Counted from the first letter of the stretch, positions 9,706 through 19,036 are shown. The stretch is DNA of 25,207 nt from an uncultured archaeon (GCA_964590575.1 CAZPWM010000011.1:1-25207), one strand, 5' to 3'. Translations and numbers: made by a program. Notes: a model not told the origin generated them from the sequence alone.

Positions 9706-10015
9706 TAGAAATCAGGTTTTGGTGGCCTAAATAAAGGAAAAATCGGTATATATGTCCGAGGCCACAACTCATGAGAATTCGTTAGTCTACACATGAACCG
9801 CGGTTGTATCAATATGTAACGCCATGTTCTACATAATATTTCATCCGGAGTGGCACGTACAAGGGTGTTCTATGAGAAATGGAAATACGAATCGCGCTTT
9901 ACCCACTTTAATTCAAAGCTCCTTGTCATCTATGCCAAGTGATACAACTTGTTGGTATTTAGACAATAGTATGACAAAGAGGTTTAAATCGCGCCGTGTA
10001 AAATGACGCAGAACT

Positions 10016-10768
10016 ATGGCGCTTCCATTAGGTTCGAACCCAAGTAGGACAGTAGCATTTGTGGCTATCTTCGCGGCCATGACGACGGTTTTAGACATCA
10101 TTCCAGCTTTTGGATTCACCTCAGGAGTTTGGGACAGTTGGGCGTTTCTTCTGAGCCCTATTGTTGGGATTTTATTGGGGCCTTACTTGGGAGCAATATC
10201 TGTTGGGTTAGGAAGTTTTCTTGGACATGCAATCATCCCCCGGGATTCTATTGAGTTTCTATTCATGATTGGTTTGTCATTTGGTGCCGCGGTAGCAGGG
10301 TTTGTATACCAACGTAGGTGGAAACCAGTTTTCGGGATTTATACAGCTTTGCTCTTTGGATATTTCATATATCCGGTTTCTTGGGGGCTTCCACTGTGGG
10401 GAATTTGGGACATTCTCGTTGCATACGGGTTCATACTTGTTTACTCCATAGTAACATCCCGGGGTATTTGGTCAAATACAAGTGAACAATACAAATTACT
10501 CATGCTCGTTTTCTGTGGTGTAATCGCCTTAGAAACGGATATCCTGTTTCGTGTCTTTGTTCTTGTACCAGGACAGATGTGGTGGTTTTATTATGCAATG
10601 ACCCCTGCAGATCTAGCCTTGTTATGGATTGGTGCAGGATTCATTACACCAATTAAGGTAGTAACGGCAACAATTGTTGTCATGACACTTGGTCGCCAAT
10701 TGTTACGTACTCTCGAACAACAAGGTGATTCCGTTGCTATGGGCGATAGTGATTTGCTACCTAGCTAG
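10016..10768 (+). CDS. Integral membrane protein, ECF transporter S-component-like
   Basis: VA..AIFAA N-terminal helix, GILLGP..G motif, 6-7 TM helices; TTTAAA box about 30 bp upstream. Confidence 0.6.
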   Translation: MALPLGSNPSRTVAFVAIFAAMTTVLDIIPAFGFTSGVWDSWAFLLSPIVGILLGPYLGAISVGLGSFLGHAIIPRDSIEFLFMIGLSFGAAVAGFVYQRRWKPVFGIYTALLFGYFIYPVSWGLPLWGIWDILVAYGFILVYSIVTSRGIWSNTSEQYKLLMLVFCGVIALETDILFRVFVLVPGQMWWFYYAMTPADLALLWIGAGFITPIKVVTATIVVMTLGRQLLRTLEQQGDSVAMGDSDLLPS

Positions 10769-10890
10769 ACTCTAATGATTCTTCTGCGATTCTCAGTATC
10801 CTGTTTCATTATTCTTTGAACTGGTCGCATCGCAAACCAGATATCAGAAAGTAGTAACTATTCATCAATTCTTTCTAGGAGGTTGAAAAT

Positions 10891-11166
10891 GTGCCAATTC
10901 GATTCATTGCAAGAGCTTCCGAGTATGATAAAAAGCATCTTGGATTCTATGTCCCCAAATACGTAACGGATTTCTATTCCCTCAAACCGGGACGCTACAA
11001 AGGTGGTATCAGTCTGTCGCATGGAGATGTAACGAGCTGTGGAATTAATCTCATTAAATACAAGCATACTCTTAGGGGCAGACTACCACCCGATGTTGGG
11101 AAAAAGAATGCGATATCTGAGGTGTGGATTTATCGCGATACTTGGGTAGCCCCTAAGGAAAAATGA
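10891..11166 (+). CDS. Small basic hypothetical protein, possible AbrB/DUF1905-like swapped-hairpin fold
   Basis: GTG start with GGAGGT Shine-Dalgarno; GFYVPK......LKPG motif. Confidence 0.55.
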   Translation: MPIRFIARASEYDKKHLGFYVPKYVTDFYSLKPGRYKGGISLSHGDVTSCGINLIKYKHTLRGRLPPDVGKKNAISEVWIYRDTWVAPKEK

Positions 11167-11185
11167 CACTATTTTTTGATTCGCT

Positions 11186-11223
11186 AAAAACAAGAAGAGA
11201 GAGGCCCTATCGGGCACTCTCTT
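11186..11223 (-). terminator. Hairpin terminator of acs, possibly bidirectional
   Basis: AGAGAGGCCC-TATC-GGGC(A)CTCTCT stem; on the minus strand followed by CTTCTTGTTTTT; lies between convergent genes. Confidence 0.6.
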
Positions 11224-11236
11224 TAGATGATAACTA

Positions 11237-13240
11237 CTAGAGGCGCTCTCTGACCAGAGTCTCAACGACTGTTGGGTCTGCTAAGGTCGTGACATCTCCA
11301 AGGTCGTCGATCTGACCAGCAGCAATACGCTTCAGGATTCGGCGCATGATCTTGCCTGAGCGGGTCTTTGGTAATGCATCTGCCCACTGAATCTTCTCAG
11401 GAGTGGCGATTGGACCTACATCTGTACGTACGTGGTTCTTCAGCTCGAGCTTGAGTGCATCAGACTTCTCCACACCCATCTTTAGAGTGACAAAAACGTA
11501 GATCGATTCGCCCTTAATGTCATGGGGGAATCCAACGACTGCACACTCGGCGACAGCAGGATGCTTAACCAGAGAGGACTCGATCTCAGCAGTACCGAGC
11601 CTGTGACCTGACACCTTCAGGACATCATCCAAGCGGCCCATCACGAAGAAGTAACCATCTTCGTTGAAGCGGGAACCATCACCAGTGTAGTACATTGGCT
11701 CACCGGTGTCAGGGTTCTTGAACTGGACCCAGTAAGTGTCAACCCAGCGTTTGTGGTCACCATAGACTGTCCTCATGAGGCCAGGCCAGGGCTTCTTGAA
11801 GCACAGATAACCACCCTCGTTTGCACCAACAGGAACACCGTCTTCAGCAACGATAATTGGTTCTAAACCAAAGTATGGGAAGGTTGTGCTTCCCGGGATT
11901 GTAGCATTTGCACCAGGTAGGGGTGTGAGAATAACACCTCCTGTTTCCGTCTGCCAATATGTGTCTACAATCGGGCATTTCTCCTTACCAACAACTCTGT
12001 GATACCACATCCAAGCTTCTGGGTTGATAGGCTCACCCACAGTGCCGAGTAAATTCAGACTGGACAGGTCATATTTCTTGACTGGATCGTCACCAAATCT
12101 CATGATTGCTCTGATTGCAGTGGGAGCGGTGTAGAACTGGTTGACTTTCCACCTCTGAACTTCAAGCCAAAAGCGCTCCATATTTTCAACCTCTGATTGT
12201 GGCGTTCCCTCAAACATCAGGGTTGTGGCACCAGCTGAAAGGGGGCCGTATACAATGTAAGAATGGCCAGTTATCCATCCAATGTCAGCTGTGCACCAAT
12301 AGATATCACCAGGGTGATAGTCAAAGATGTACTTGAAGGTGTGTGTCGTATAGACCATGTATCCACCAGTTGTGTGAAGAACGCCCTTTGGTTTGCCTGT
12401 TGAACCGGAGGTATAGAGAATGAACAATGGGTCCTCTGCATTTACCCACTCGGGCTCGCATTTGTCATCGACTTTCTCATATTCCTCATGGTACCAGAAG
12501 TCTCGACCCTCGGTCCATGGAACATCGATTCCCACTCTCTTGACAACAAGAACCTTCTCGACTATTGGAAGATCTGCGACAGCAGTATCTGCACCAGCTT
12601 TCTGAGGGATGACCTTGCCAGAGCGGTAGTAACCGTCAGCTGTAACAAGCACTTTACCCTCACAGTCAATGATTCTGTCCTTCACCGAGTCAGCACTGAA
12701 ACCACCGAAAACAATGCTGTGTACTGCACCAATCCTGACACATGCAAGCATAATGATTGCAAGCTCGGGAATCATGGGGAGGTACATAGTAATCCTATCG
12801 CCCTTCTTGACACCGAGGTTCTTCAGGACATTTGCTGCTTTGTTGACCTCACTGAGGAGCTCACTAAAGGTGTAAGTCTTTGACTCTTCAAGGGGTTCGC
12901 CTTGCCAGATCAAAGCGATCTGGTTACCTTTGCCTGCCTCGATGTGCTTGTCAAGACAGTTGTAAGCCATATTGGTCACACCGTCTTTGAACCAAGAATA
13001 TCGAATATTCTTGATGTCTTCCCACTCAAATCCTTTAGTTGGTTCTTTCTTCCAGTAACAAAGTTCCTTAGCTGCTTTGAGCCAGAATCCGTCAGGGTTT
13101 TCGACTGACTCCTTCCAGATCTTCATTCGCTCCTTGTGACTCTTTACATAAGCCTTCTCGACGAAGCTCTTTGGGGGTTCGAAACGCCTTTCTTCTTGGC
13201 TATAAACTGTAATCTTCTTTTCTTCTGACAAGTACGTCAC
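11237..13240 (-). CDS. acs: Acetyl-CoA synthetase (AMP-forming)
   Basis: YTSGSTGKPKG, TADIGWITGHSY, GEPINPEAW, DTYWQTETG, GRLDD, SGHRLGTAEIES, PKTRSGKIMRR. Confidence 0.97.
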   Translation of the reverse strand: MTYLSEEKKITVYSQEERRFEPPKSFVEKAYVKSHKERMKIWKESVENPDGFWLKAAKELCYWKKEPTKGFEWEDIKNIRYSWFKDGVTNMAYNCLDKHIEAGKGNQIALIWQGEPLEESKTYTFSELLSEVNKAANVLKNLGVKKGDRITMYLPMIPELAIIMLACVRIGAVHSIVFGGFSADSVKDRIIDCEGKVLVTADGYYRSGKVIPQKAGADTAVADLPIVEKVLVVKRVGIDVPWTEGRDFWYHEEYEKVDDKCEPEWVNAEDPLFILYTSGSTGKPKGVLHTTGGYMVYTTHTFKYIFDYHPGDIYWCTADIGWITGHSYIVYGPLSAGATTLMFEGTPQSEVENMERFWLEVQRWKVNQFYTAPTAIRAIMRFGDDPVKKYDLSSLNLLGTVGEPINPEAWMWYHRVVGKEKCPIVDTYWQTETGGVILTPLPGANATIPGSTTFPYFGLEPIIVAEDGVPVGANEGGYLCFKKPWPGLMRTVYGDHKRWVDTYWVQFKNPDTGEPMYYTGDGSRFNEDGYFFVMGRLDDVLKVSGHRLGTAEIESSLVKHPAVAECAVVGFPHDIKGESIYVFVTLKMGVEKSDALKLELKNHVRTDVGPIATPEKIQWADALPKTRSGKIMRRILKRIAAGQIDDLGDVTTLADPTVVETLVRERL

Positions 13241-13364
13241 CTAATATCGCCAATTCGATGGCCGACTTGCAAAATATGGACTATATGAAGCTTGTCCAAT
13301 ATCACATAATTTTATGGAAAAATCACTCATTATCGAAGATGTTTGGATTAACCAGGTATCTGAG

Positions 13365-13405
13365 GAAAAAGAGGGAAATGAGGTCGAGAAATGATTCTCA
13401 ACCTC
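13365..13405 (-). terminator. Hairpin plus U-rich terminator downstream of the MFS gene
   Basis: Minus strand GAGGTTGAGAA-TCAT-TTCTCGACCTC (11 bp, one G-U pair) followed by ATTTCCCTCTTTTT. Confidence 0.65.
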
Positions 13406-13413
13406 GAAATAGA

Positions 13414-14691
13414 TTATGCACTACGCTTGGATCTCAAGATTAGCGTGAATAGAACTGCGATAATTGCCAGAATTCCAGTGATGATGAATGCCCAAAAGTA
13501 TGAACCAAAGAAGTCAACAATTGGACCAGCTACAAACGCACCAGTGATTCCAGCGATACCATATGCTGTGAACATCACACCATAGTTCTTGCCAACGTTC
13601 TTACTTCCAAAGAAGTCTGCGGTCGCTGAGGGGAACAGTGCAAAGTTGCCACCGAAGCAGAAACCAATCAGGGATGCAATACCCATCACTGCAAGCCAGC
13701 TGATGCTGATTGTAGACATCCAAGCAAAGGCAAACATACCGAGTGCAAGGATTATGAACATCAGAATCATGGTGTTCTCTCGACCCAATTTATCAGAAGT
13801 TGCGCCCCAGACAATTCGTCCAGCAGCATTGAGTAAGCTCATGACGCCAACTATTACAACAGCATCTGCTGTGGCATCAATTGCTAGAGCTGCAGTCTTG
13901 ACATTGCCCAGTGTCATCAGGCCAGCAGTAGCGGCAAACACAAACATCAGCCAGAGAAGCCAGAATGTTGATGTTCTAATCATTTGACCAGGCATCACAC
14001 CCGTACCCGCACCATCAGCGATTGTTGAAGGGGGCGTGTAACCAGCTGGGAGCCAACCCTCGGGAGGATTTGTGAGGAGTTGTGACCCAAAGACAACAAG
14101 TATCAGATAGACAACACCAAGGATTAGCATTGGCAGTCCAATATTAGCTGTGGATGGAACGCTATAGAGGTTAAGCAAGAATTGCTCAACATATCCAAAG
14201 ACCAAGGCACCAGCACCAAAGCCAGCTACTGCGATGCCTGTGATTGTACCCTTCTTATCAGGGAACCACTTTACAAGAGCAGCAATTGGACAGACATAGG
14301 CAAAACCAATTCCAGCACCACCGATAATACCATAGGTGATGACAAGGTAGATTGTACCTAGGAGTGCATCAGATCCTGCAACTTGATCGACAAAGAATGC
14401 GAGAATATAGCCTGCACCCAAAAGGATACCACCAACAGTAGCAACCTTTCTAGGGCCAATACGATCCTGCCATCTTCCTGCAAATATCATGAATAAGGCG
14501 AACGAAGCCAGACCGGCTGCAAAAGGTAACTGTGAGTATAGAGAGGGCCAGAGATATACCCCAACAGGGGGACTGCCTCCATTCAGAGCAGTCTGAAAGA
14601 AGGACCATGCATATATCGAACCCAGACACAGCTGTACAATAAGCGCACCGAGAATGACAAGGTTCCTATTACCAATTTTTTCGTTAGACAT
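13414..14691 (-). CDS. MFS transporter, oxalate/formate antiporter (OFA) family
   Basis: GSIYAWS, GRWQDRIGPR, KWFPDKKG, NAAGRIVWG..SD, FGSKNVGKNYG; 12 TM helices; probable start ATG 14691 with GGTGA upstream (alternative GTG 14703). Confidence 0.9.
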   Translation of the reverse strand: MSNEKIGNRNLVILGALIVQLCLGSIYAWSFFQTALNGGSPPVGVYLWPSLYSQLPFAAGLASFALFMIFAGRWQDRIGPRKVATVGGILLGAGYILAFFVDQVAGSDALLGTIYLVITYGIIGGAGIGFAYVCPIAALVKWFPDKKGTITGIAVAGFGAGALVFGYVEQFLLNLYSVPSTANIGLPMLILGVVYLILVVFGSQLLTNPPEGWLPAGYTPPSTIADGAGTGVMPGQMIRTSTFWLLWLMFVFAATAGLMTLGNVKTAALAIDATADAVVIVGVMSLLNAAGRIVWGATSDKLGRENTMILMFIILALGMFAFAWMSTISISWLAVMGIASLIGFCFGGNFALFPSATADFFGSKNVGKNYGVMFTAYGIAGITGAFVAGPIVDFFGSYFWAFIITGILAIIAVLFTLILRSKRSA

Positions 14692-14845
14692 GATGAAATT
14701 CACCTGTCACAATTATCAGGTATTAAGCGGCCAGCGGAACCCACCCCACTAAAAGCCTTCCGTCTTGTCCTAAATAAATAGACTACTTGCAAATGCCTAA
14801 ATACAACTTATTCCGGGAAGGCATGTTAGTAAGGGGTAATTTACA

Positions 14846-16732
14846 ATGAGCAAGACAGAATGGACCCAGAAATACAAAGGTAAAGTTGTCGATGCATCAC
14901 AGGCAATCAAGAAGATTAAACGCGGAGCGAGAATCTTCCTAGGAACAGGTTGTGGTGTACCGTATCATCTTGTCCAGGAACTTGCAAAGCATGCTGGACA
15001 AATGGCTGACAACGAGATCGTACATCTCCTTACCCTCGGAGACACACCATCCGCAGACCCAAAATTCCAGAATCAGTTTCGACACAACACATTCTTTGTG
15101 AGTTCAAATATACGTGAGGCGGTTTCTGAAGGACGAGCAGATTATACCCCGATAATGCTCTCTGATATTCCGAATCTTTTCAGACACAGGATCATGCCTC
15201 TTGATGTTGCAATGATTCAAATTAGCACTCCGGACCGCAATGGGTACAGTTCATTGGGCATATCTGTGGATATCACAAAGTCTGCAGCGGAAAGCGCAGA
15301 TGTTGTCATTGCACAAGTGAACGAGAGGATGCCAGTCACTCATGGTGACTCATTCATAGATGTTCGTGATATTGATTATTTGGTTCCCTATAATGAGCCA
15401 TTGAGAGAACTTGAGCCAGCAGAGATAGATGATACAATCGATAAGATTGGTCGTTATGTAGCAAGACTTGTTGAGAACGAATCGACCCTCGAGCTTGGTA
15501 TAGGAGCTCTCCCTCAATCTGTCTGCAATAACCTGCTAGAAACAGGGGTGCAAGACCTTGGTATCCATACCGAGATGTTCAGCGATAGCCTCATTCCACT
15601 TATTGAGAAAGGGGTTGTCACTAATAAGAAGAAGACGCTCCACCGTGGCAAGGTGATTGCTAGTTTTGCCATGGGTTCTGAGAAACTCTATGACTATATT
15701 GATGATAATCCCATGTTCCATTTTCATGATACAGCTTATGTGAATGACCCGTATGTCATCGGACAGAACAACAAGATGATAGCGATTAATTCAGCCCTTG
15801 AAGTGGATCTCACTGGACAAGTATGTGCTGACTCTATAGGGCACAGCTTTTACAGTGGTATAGGGGGACAGGTTGACTTCATTCGTGGTGCAAAAAGATC
15901 TGAGGGAGGCAAGGCGGTAATCTGCCTGCTCTCCACCGCTATGGATGGCACGGTTTCCCGAATTGTACCACGTCTCAGCGAAGGTGCAGGAGTAGTGACC
16001 ACTCGCGGGGACGTAGATGTCGTCATCACAGAGTATGGACTCGCAATACTCCATGGAAAGACAATCAGAGAACGCGTACTCTCACTCATCGCTATTGCTC
16101 ATCCTAAATTTAGAAATGATTTACTCGAGGCTGCAAAGAAGATGCACTACGTCTTCGAGGACCAAGTCCCATTCCTTGTTCAAGGTACGTACTTTGCCTC
16201 CGAGTACGAGATGCAGGAAACCTTCAAGACTGCAGAGGGGCCAATCGAAGTCCAGTTTAGACTAATCAGACCAGATGACAGTGATAGAATAAAGGAACTA
16301 TTCTACGATTTGAGTGAAGAGAGCATCTACTTCCGTTTCCTTACTCCACTAAAATCACTACGTAGACAGACACTACAAGATTTCTACAATGTTGACCAAT
16401 CAAGTGACATCAGTGTAGTAGCAGTGGTGAAGTCTGGGGTAGAGGGAGAAACTGAGAGAATAATTGGTGCTGGTAGGTATCTTCTGAACAGGAGCACAAA
16501 CGAGGCTGAATTCGCTCTGCTTGTGCAGGATGAGTATCAGGGCAAAGGTATTGGTACATTCATCCTCAATCATCTCATGAGGATTGCAAAGAGCAAGGGT
16601 GTTGAGGCCTTTATTGCTTATGTACATCCTCAAAACCAACCAATGATTCGGTTCATCCATAAAACTGGAAAGGTAGTCGAGAGCAAACTTTCGATACAGG
16701 ATGAAGAGTATCTCTTCCGCCTCAAGCTGTGA
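14846..16732 (+). CDS. Acetyl-CoA hydrolase / 4-hydroxybutyrate CoA-transferase family protein fused to a C-terminal GNAT acetyltransferase
   Basis: LGIG, GIHTEM (catalytic Glu), INSALEVDLTGQV, SGIGGQVDF, TEYG; GNAT part RLIRPDD..LSEESIYFRF and EFALLVQDEYQGKGIG. Confidence 0.92.
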   Translation: MSKTEWTQKYKGKVVDASQAIKKIKRGARIFLGTGCGVPYHLVQELAKHAGQMADNEIVHLLTLGDTPSADPKFQNQFRHNTFFVSSNIREAVSEGRADYTPIMLSDIPNLFRHRIMPLDVAMIQISTPDRNGYSSLGISVDITKSAAESADVVIAQVNERMPVTHGDSFIDVRDIDYLVPYNEPLRELEPAEIDDTIDKIGRYVARLVENESTLELGIGALPQSVCNNLLETGVQDLGIHTEMFSDSLIPLIEKGVVTNKKKTLHRGKVIASFAMGSEKLYDYIDDNPMFHFHDTAYVNDPYVIGQNNKMIAINSALEVDLTGQVCADSIGHSFYSGIGGQVDFIRGAKRSEGGKAVICLLSTAMDGTVSRIVPRLSEGAGVVTTRGDVDVVITEYGLAILHGKTIRERVLSLIAIAHPKFRNDLLEAAKKMHYVFEDQVPFLVQGTYFASEYEMQETFKTAEGPIEVQFRLIRPDDSDRIKELFYDLSEESIYFRFLTPLKSLRRQTLQDFYNVDQSSDISVVAVVKSGVEGETERIIGAGRYLLNRSTNEAEFALLVQDEYQGKGIGTFILNHLMRIAKSKGVEAFIAYVHPQNQPMIRFIHKTGKVVESKLSIQDEEYLFRLKL

Positions 16733-16794
16733 TGATTGCACAGCCCACTACACTCAAAGGCGGGTTTGTCTAGATAAGGAGTGGAGAGCAAAGT

Positions 16795-18000
16795 ATGAGC
16801 AATCTTCTACTCAAGGCTGGAACACTGATTGTCGGTAATGGAGAAACACTCGAGAATGTGTCGATATTAATCAAAGACGACAAAATATCTGAGGTTGGAC
16901 CGAATGTAAATGCATCTCCAGACACCGAAGTTCTAGACTTCTCAGACCGTGTTGTGATGCCCGGTATAATCGATCCCCATGTCCATGTGTGCTTTGACGG
17001 ATCTACTGACCCCGCAGAAGTCAGGAAGTTCTCTGATGAACTACTAGCAATTCGTGGAGCACGGCTTGTGGAGAAGTTGCTTGAATATGGTGTCACCACT
17101 GCGGGTGATGCAGCAGGTAGAGGAAATGTTCCATTTGCTGTGAAAGAGGCAGTTGAGAAAGGACTTGTGAATGGTCCACGCGTTCTTCCTTGTGGGAGAA
17201 TGATAACAATCAGTGGTGGAAGAGACTCCCTTGGAGGCGCAAATGAGGCAGACGGTCCCGATAATGTTCGTCGGGCTGTACGAGAAGAGATTGGTCGTGG
17301 TGCGCGCTACATCAAACTTGCTGCAACCGGCGCAATATCATCTGAGCATACGGAGAGCTTCAATTCACAGTTTGATTTGGATGAACTTCAAGCGGCTGCA
17401 AATGAAGCACGTAAAGTTCACTTGAAGTCGCATGCACATGCCTATGGTGAGGAGGGAATCAGAAATACAATTCTGGCGGGAGTTGACGTCCTTGTACATG
17501 GACATCCACTGAGTAAGGAGAACCTCGAGTTAATGAAGAAGCATAACACCATGTACATGCCCACGATTGTGACCTATTACGAGTCACAACTCCATCATGA
17601 TGATGGTGATCTTCCTGAGTACATGGTGCGTAAGGAGAAAGAGATATTCCCGCTCATCGAAGAAGGCGTTAGAAATGCAGTCAAGGCAGGGATAGAACTA
17701 GTCGTTGGGACTGATTCGGGGATGCCTTACACACTTTATGGAAAGTCAACTGCTGAAGAGATGGAACTGATGGTTAAATTGGGAGGAGCATCTGAGATGA
17801 CTGCTATCATTGCTGGAACAAAGAATGCTGCAATTTCGATGAATATCGATTCTACAATAGGGACTATTGAAGTTGGTAAATCCGCAGATCTGCTTGTTCT
17901 TGCTCCAGGAAAGGACCCACTCAAGGATATTACGGTCCTCCAGGACAAGGGGTCCATCTCAAGAGTTATTCTCATGGGCAAGACAGTGATTGAGCGTTAG
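16795..18000 (+). CDS. Amidohydrolase superfamily protein (Xaa-Pro dipeptidase / HutI-like subgroup)
   Basis: PGIIDPHVH, IKL (carboxylated Lys), HAHAYG, HG, GTDSG, GTIEVGKSADL. Confidence 0.88.
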   Translation: MSNLLLKAGTLIVGNGETLENVSILIKDDKISEVGPNVNASPDTEVLDFSDRVVMPGIIDPHVHVCFDGSTDPAEVRKFSDELLAIRGARLVEKLLEYGVTTAGDAAGRGNVPFAVKEAVEKGLVNGPRVLPCGRMITISGGRDSLGGANEADGPDNVRRAVREEIGRGARYIKLAATGAISSEHTESFNSQFDLDELQAAANEARKVHLKSHAHAYGEEGIRNTILAGVDVLVHGHPLSKENLELMKKHNTMYMPTIVTYYESQLHHDDGDLPEYMVRKEKEIFPLIEEGVRNAVKAGIELVVGTDSGMPYTLYGKSTAEEMELMVKLGGASEMTAIIAGTKNAAISMNIDSTIGTIEVGKSADLLVLAPGKDPLKDITVLQDKGSISRVILMGKTVIER

Positions 18001-18818
18001 ATGTATGTGTGACGAATCTGCGCTGGACGTCCCTTAACATGGATTGTTTCAAGGAAAGTTGACATTGAATCATTTGGAAACTCATAACCTTGGTCGAGAA
18101 TTTCCTGTTTTAGATTCTTGAATATCTCAAGTACAGTTTCGAATTTCGGATCATCTAGAGCATCACAGAACAGTTTGTAGGTCCCTTCAGACATACCCAT
18201 TTGTTTCACATGAGGCGTCCACCACTTCAAAGGAGGGGTCCATGACTTCTGCATCGTGAACCATAGATTGACTGCCGCTACAACTGAGCGGAATGCATTC
18301 AATTTGGAATCATATGTGAAACCGCGTCGCTGATTGATATCGGTATATCCTAGAGCTCCAAGTAGCGTGCAGTACTTGTTTTTGAGACGGTCAAAGTGCT
18401 CCTCATCGGGATATCTAGCGAGTTTCCTTCTCCATTCCTCTAATTTTCCCGTGGAATCATGAATCACAACGCCCTCAGCGTACGGAAAATGGTCCATGTC
18501 CAAAGGTGAATCTATCTGTTGTCTGAACCAAGCATCGGATATTGGAGAGAAGTCGATCACTAATTTTCGAGGTTCAACTGACTCGTCGAACTCCAGCCAG
18601 ATTGTATCTTTCAATTCTAGACTATCATAATACTTCTCTGTGACGTAAATAAGAGCATCCCAGTCAGTGGTCGGTGCACCAAATCCTGTGGCCCTACTTC
18701 CCCATAGCATCACTCCTAGCACATGGGGTTCTTTGACAAGTCCGTCAAGACGCTCGCGGGCCATCTTGTCCTCTATCTCTTCTATGCTTCTCACAATTGG
18801 AATCTGATTCTTGCTCAC
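17997..18818 (-). CDS. Pol-beta superfamily nucleotidyltransferase with a C-terminal helical substrate-binding-like domain
   Basis: hGS-x-A-x-G...DWD motif (WGSRATG..TTDWD), third acidic residue (VID), helical C-terminus with PPLKW; probable GTG start at 18818 after GAGGCGA. Confidence 0.75.
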   Translation of the reverse strand: MSKNQIPIVRSIEEIEDKMARERLDGLVKEPHVLGVMLWGSRATGFGAPTTDWDALIYVTEKYYDSLELKDTIWLEFDESVEPRKLVIDFSPISDAWFRQQIDSPLDMDHFPYAEGVVIHDSTGKLEEWRRKLARYPDEEHFDRLKNKYCTLLGALGYTDINQRRGFTYDSKLNAFRSVVAAVNLWFTMQKSWTPPLKWWTPHVKQMGMSEGTYKLFCDALDDPKFETVLEIFKNLKQEILDQGYEFPNDSMSTFLETIHVKGRPAQIRHTYI

Positions 18819-18884
18819 CAGATGTCGCCTCAATCAGTTTCTGCAAGTATCCAGCATTAAAGAGTAATTGTCTACGCGAGAAAG

Positions 18885-18962
18885 AGTGAAGGCGCCACAC
18901 CGCCGGGAAGCGATAACGACAGACACTAGAAGTCGTGAATTGGGACCGTGGCGCTCTACACT
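18885..18962 (-). ncRNA. Candidate structured small RNA (three-way junction, tRNA-like top half)
   Basis: GC-rich intergenic element with three nested stems (18892-18898/18948-18954, 18899-18903/18910-18914, 18916-18920/18932-18936). The minus strand is favoured by a G-U pair, an upstream TTATTA box and a downstream pyrimidine tract. Confidence 0.5.
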
Positions 18963-19036
18963 TGTAAGTACTGTTCAACTCTAATAAGCACCTAGAATTT
19001 TGGTGAGGTTAAATTCATTCCATCCGACAGCATACC

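Noticed and set aside
9824-10006. 60-aa intergenic ORF
   Set aside because: No Shine-Dalgarno site or recognisable motif, and it overlaps the likely promoter of the downstream gene
18885-18962. Structured element as tRNA-Pyl, tRNA-Sec, SECIS, cobalamin riboswitch or HDV ribozyme
   Set aside because: No D arm, a 6-nt T loop and no pyl genes nearby; no UCA anticodon arm; no AUGA/GA quartet. GCCAC..GGGAAG and GAATTGGGAC are only short resemblances without the remaining required helices.
18745-18978. 77-aa minus-strand ORF across the structured element
   Set aside because: Overlaps the NTase gene out of frame, has atypical composition, and is better explained by the RNA structure
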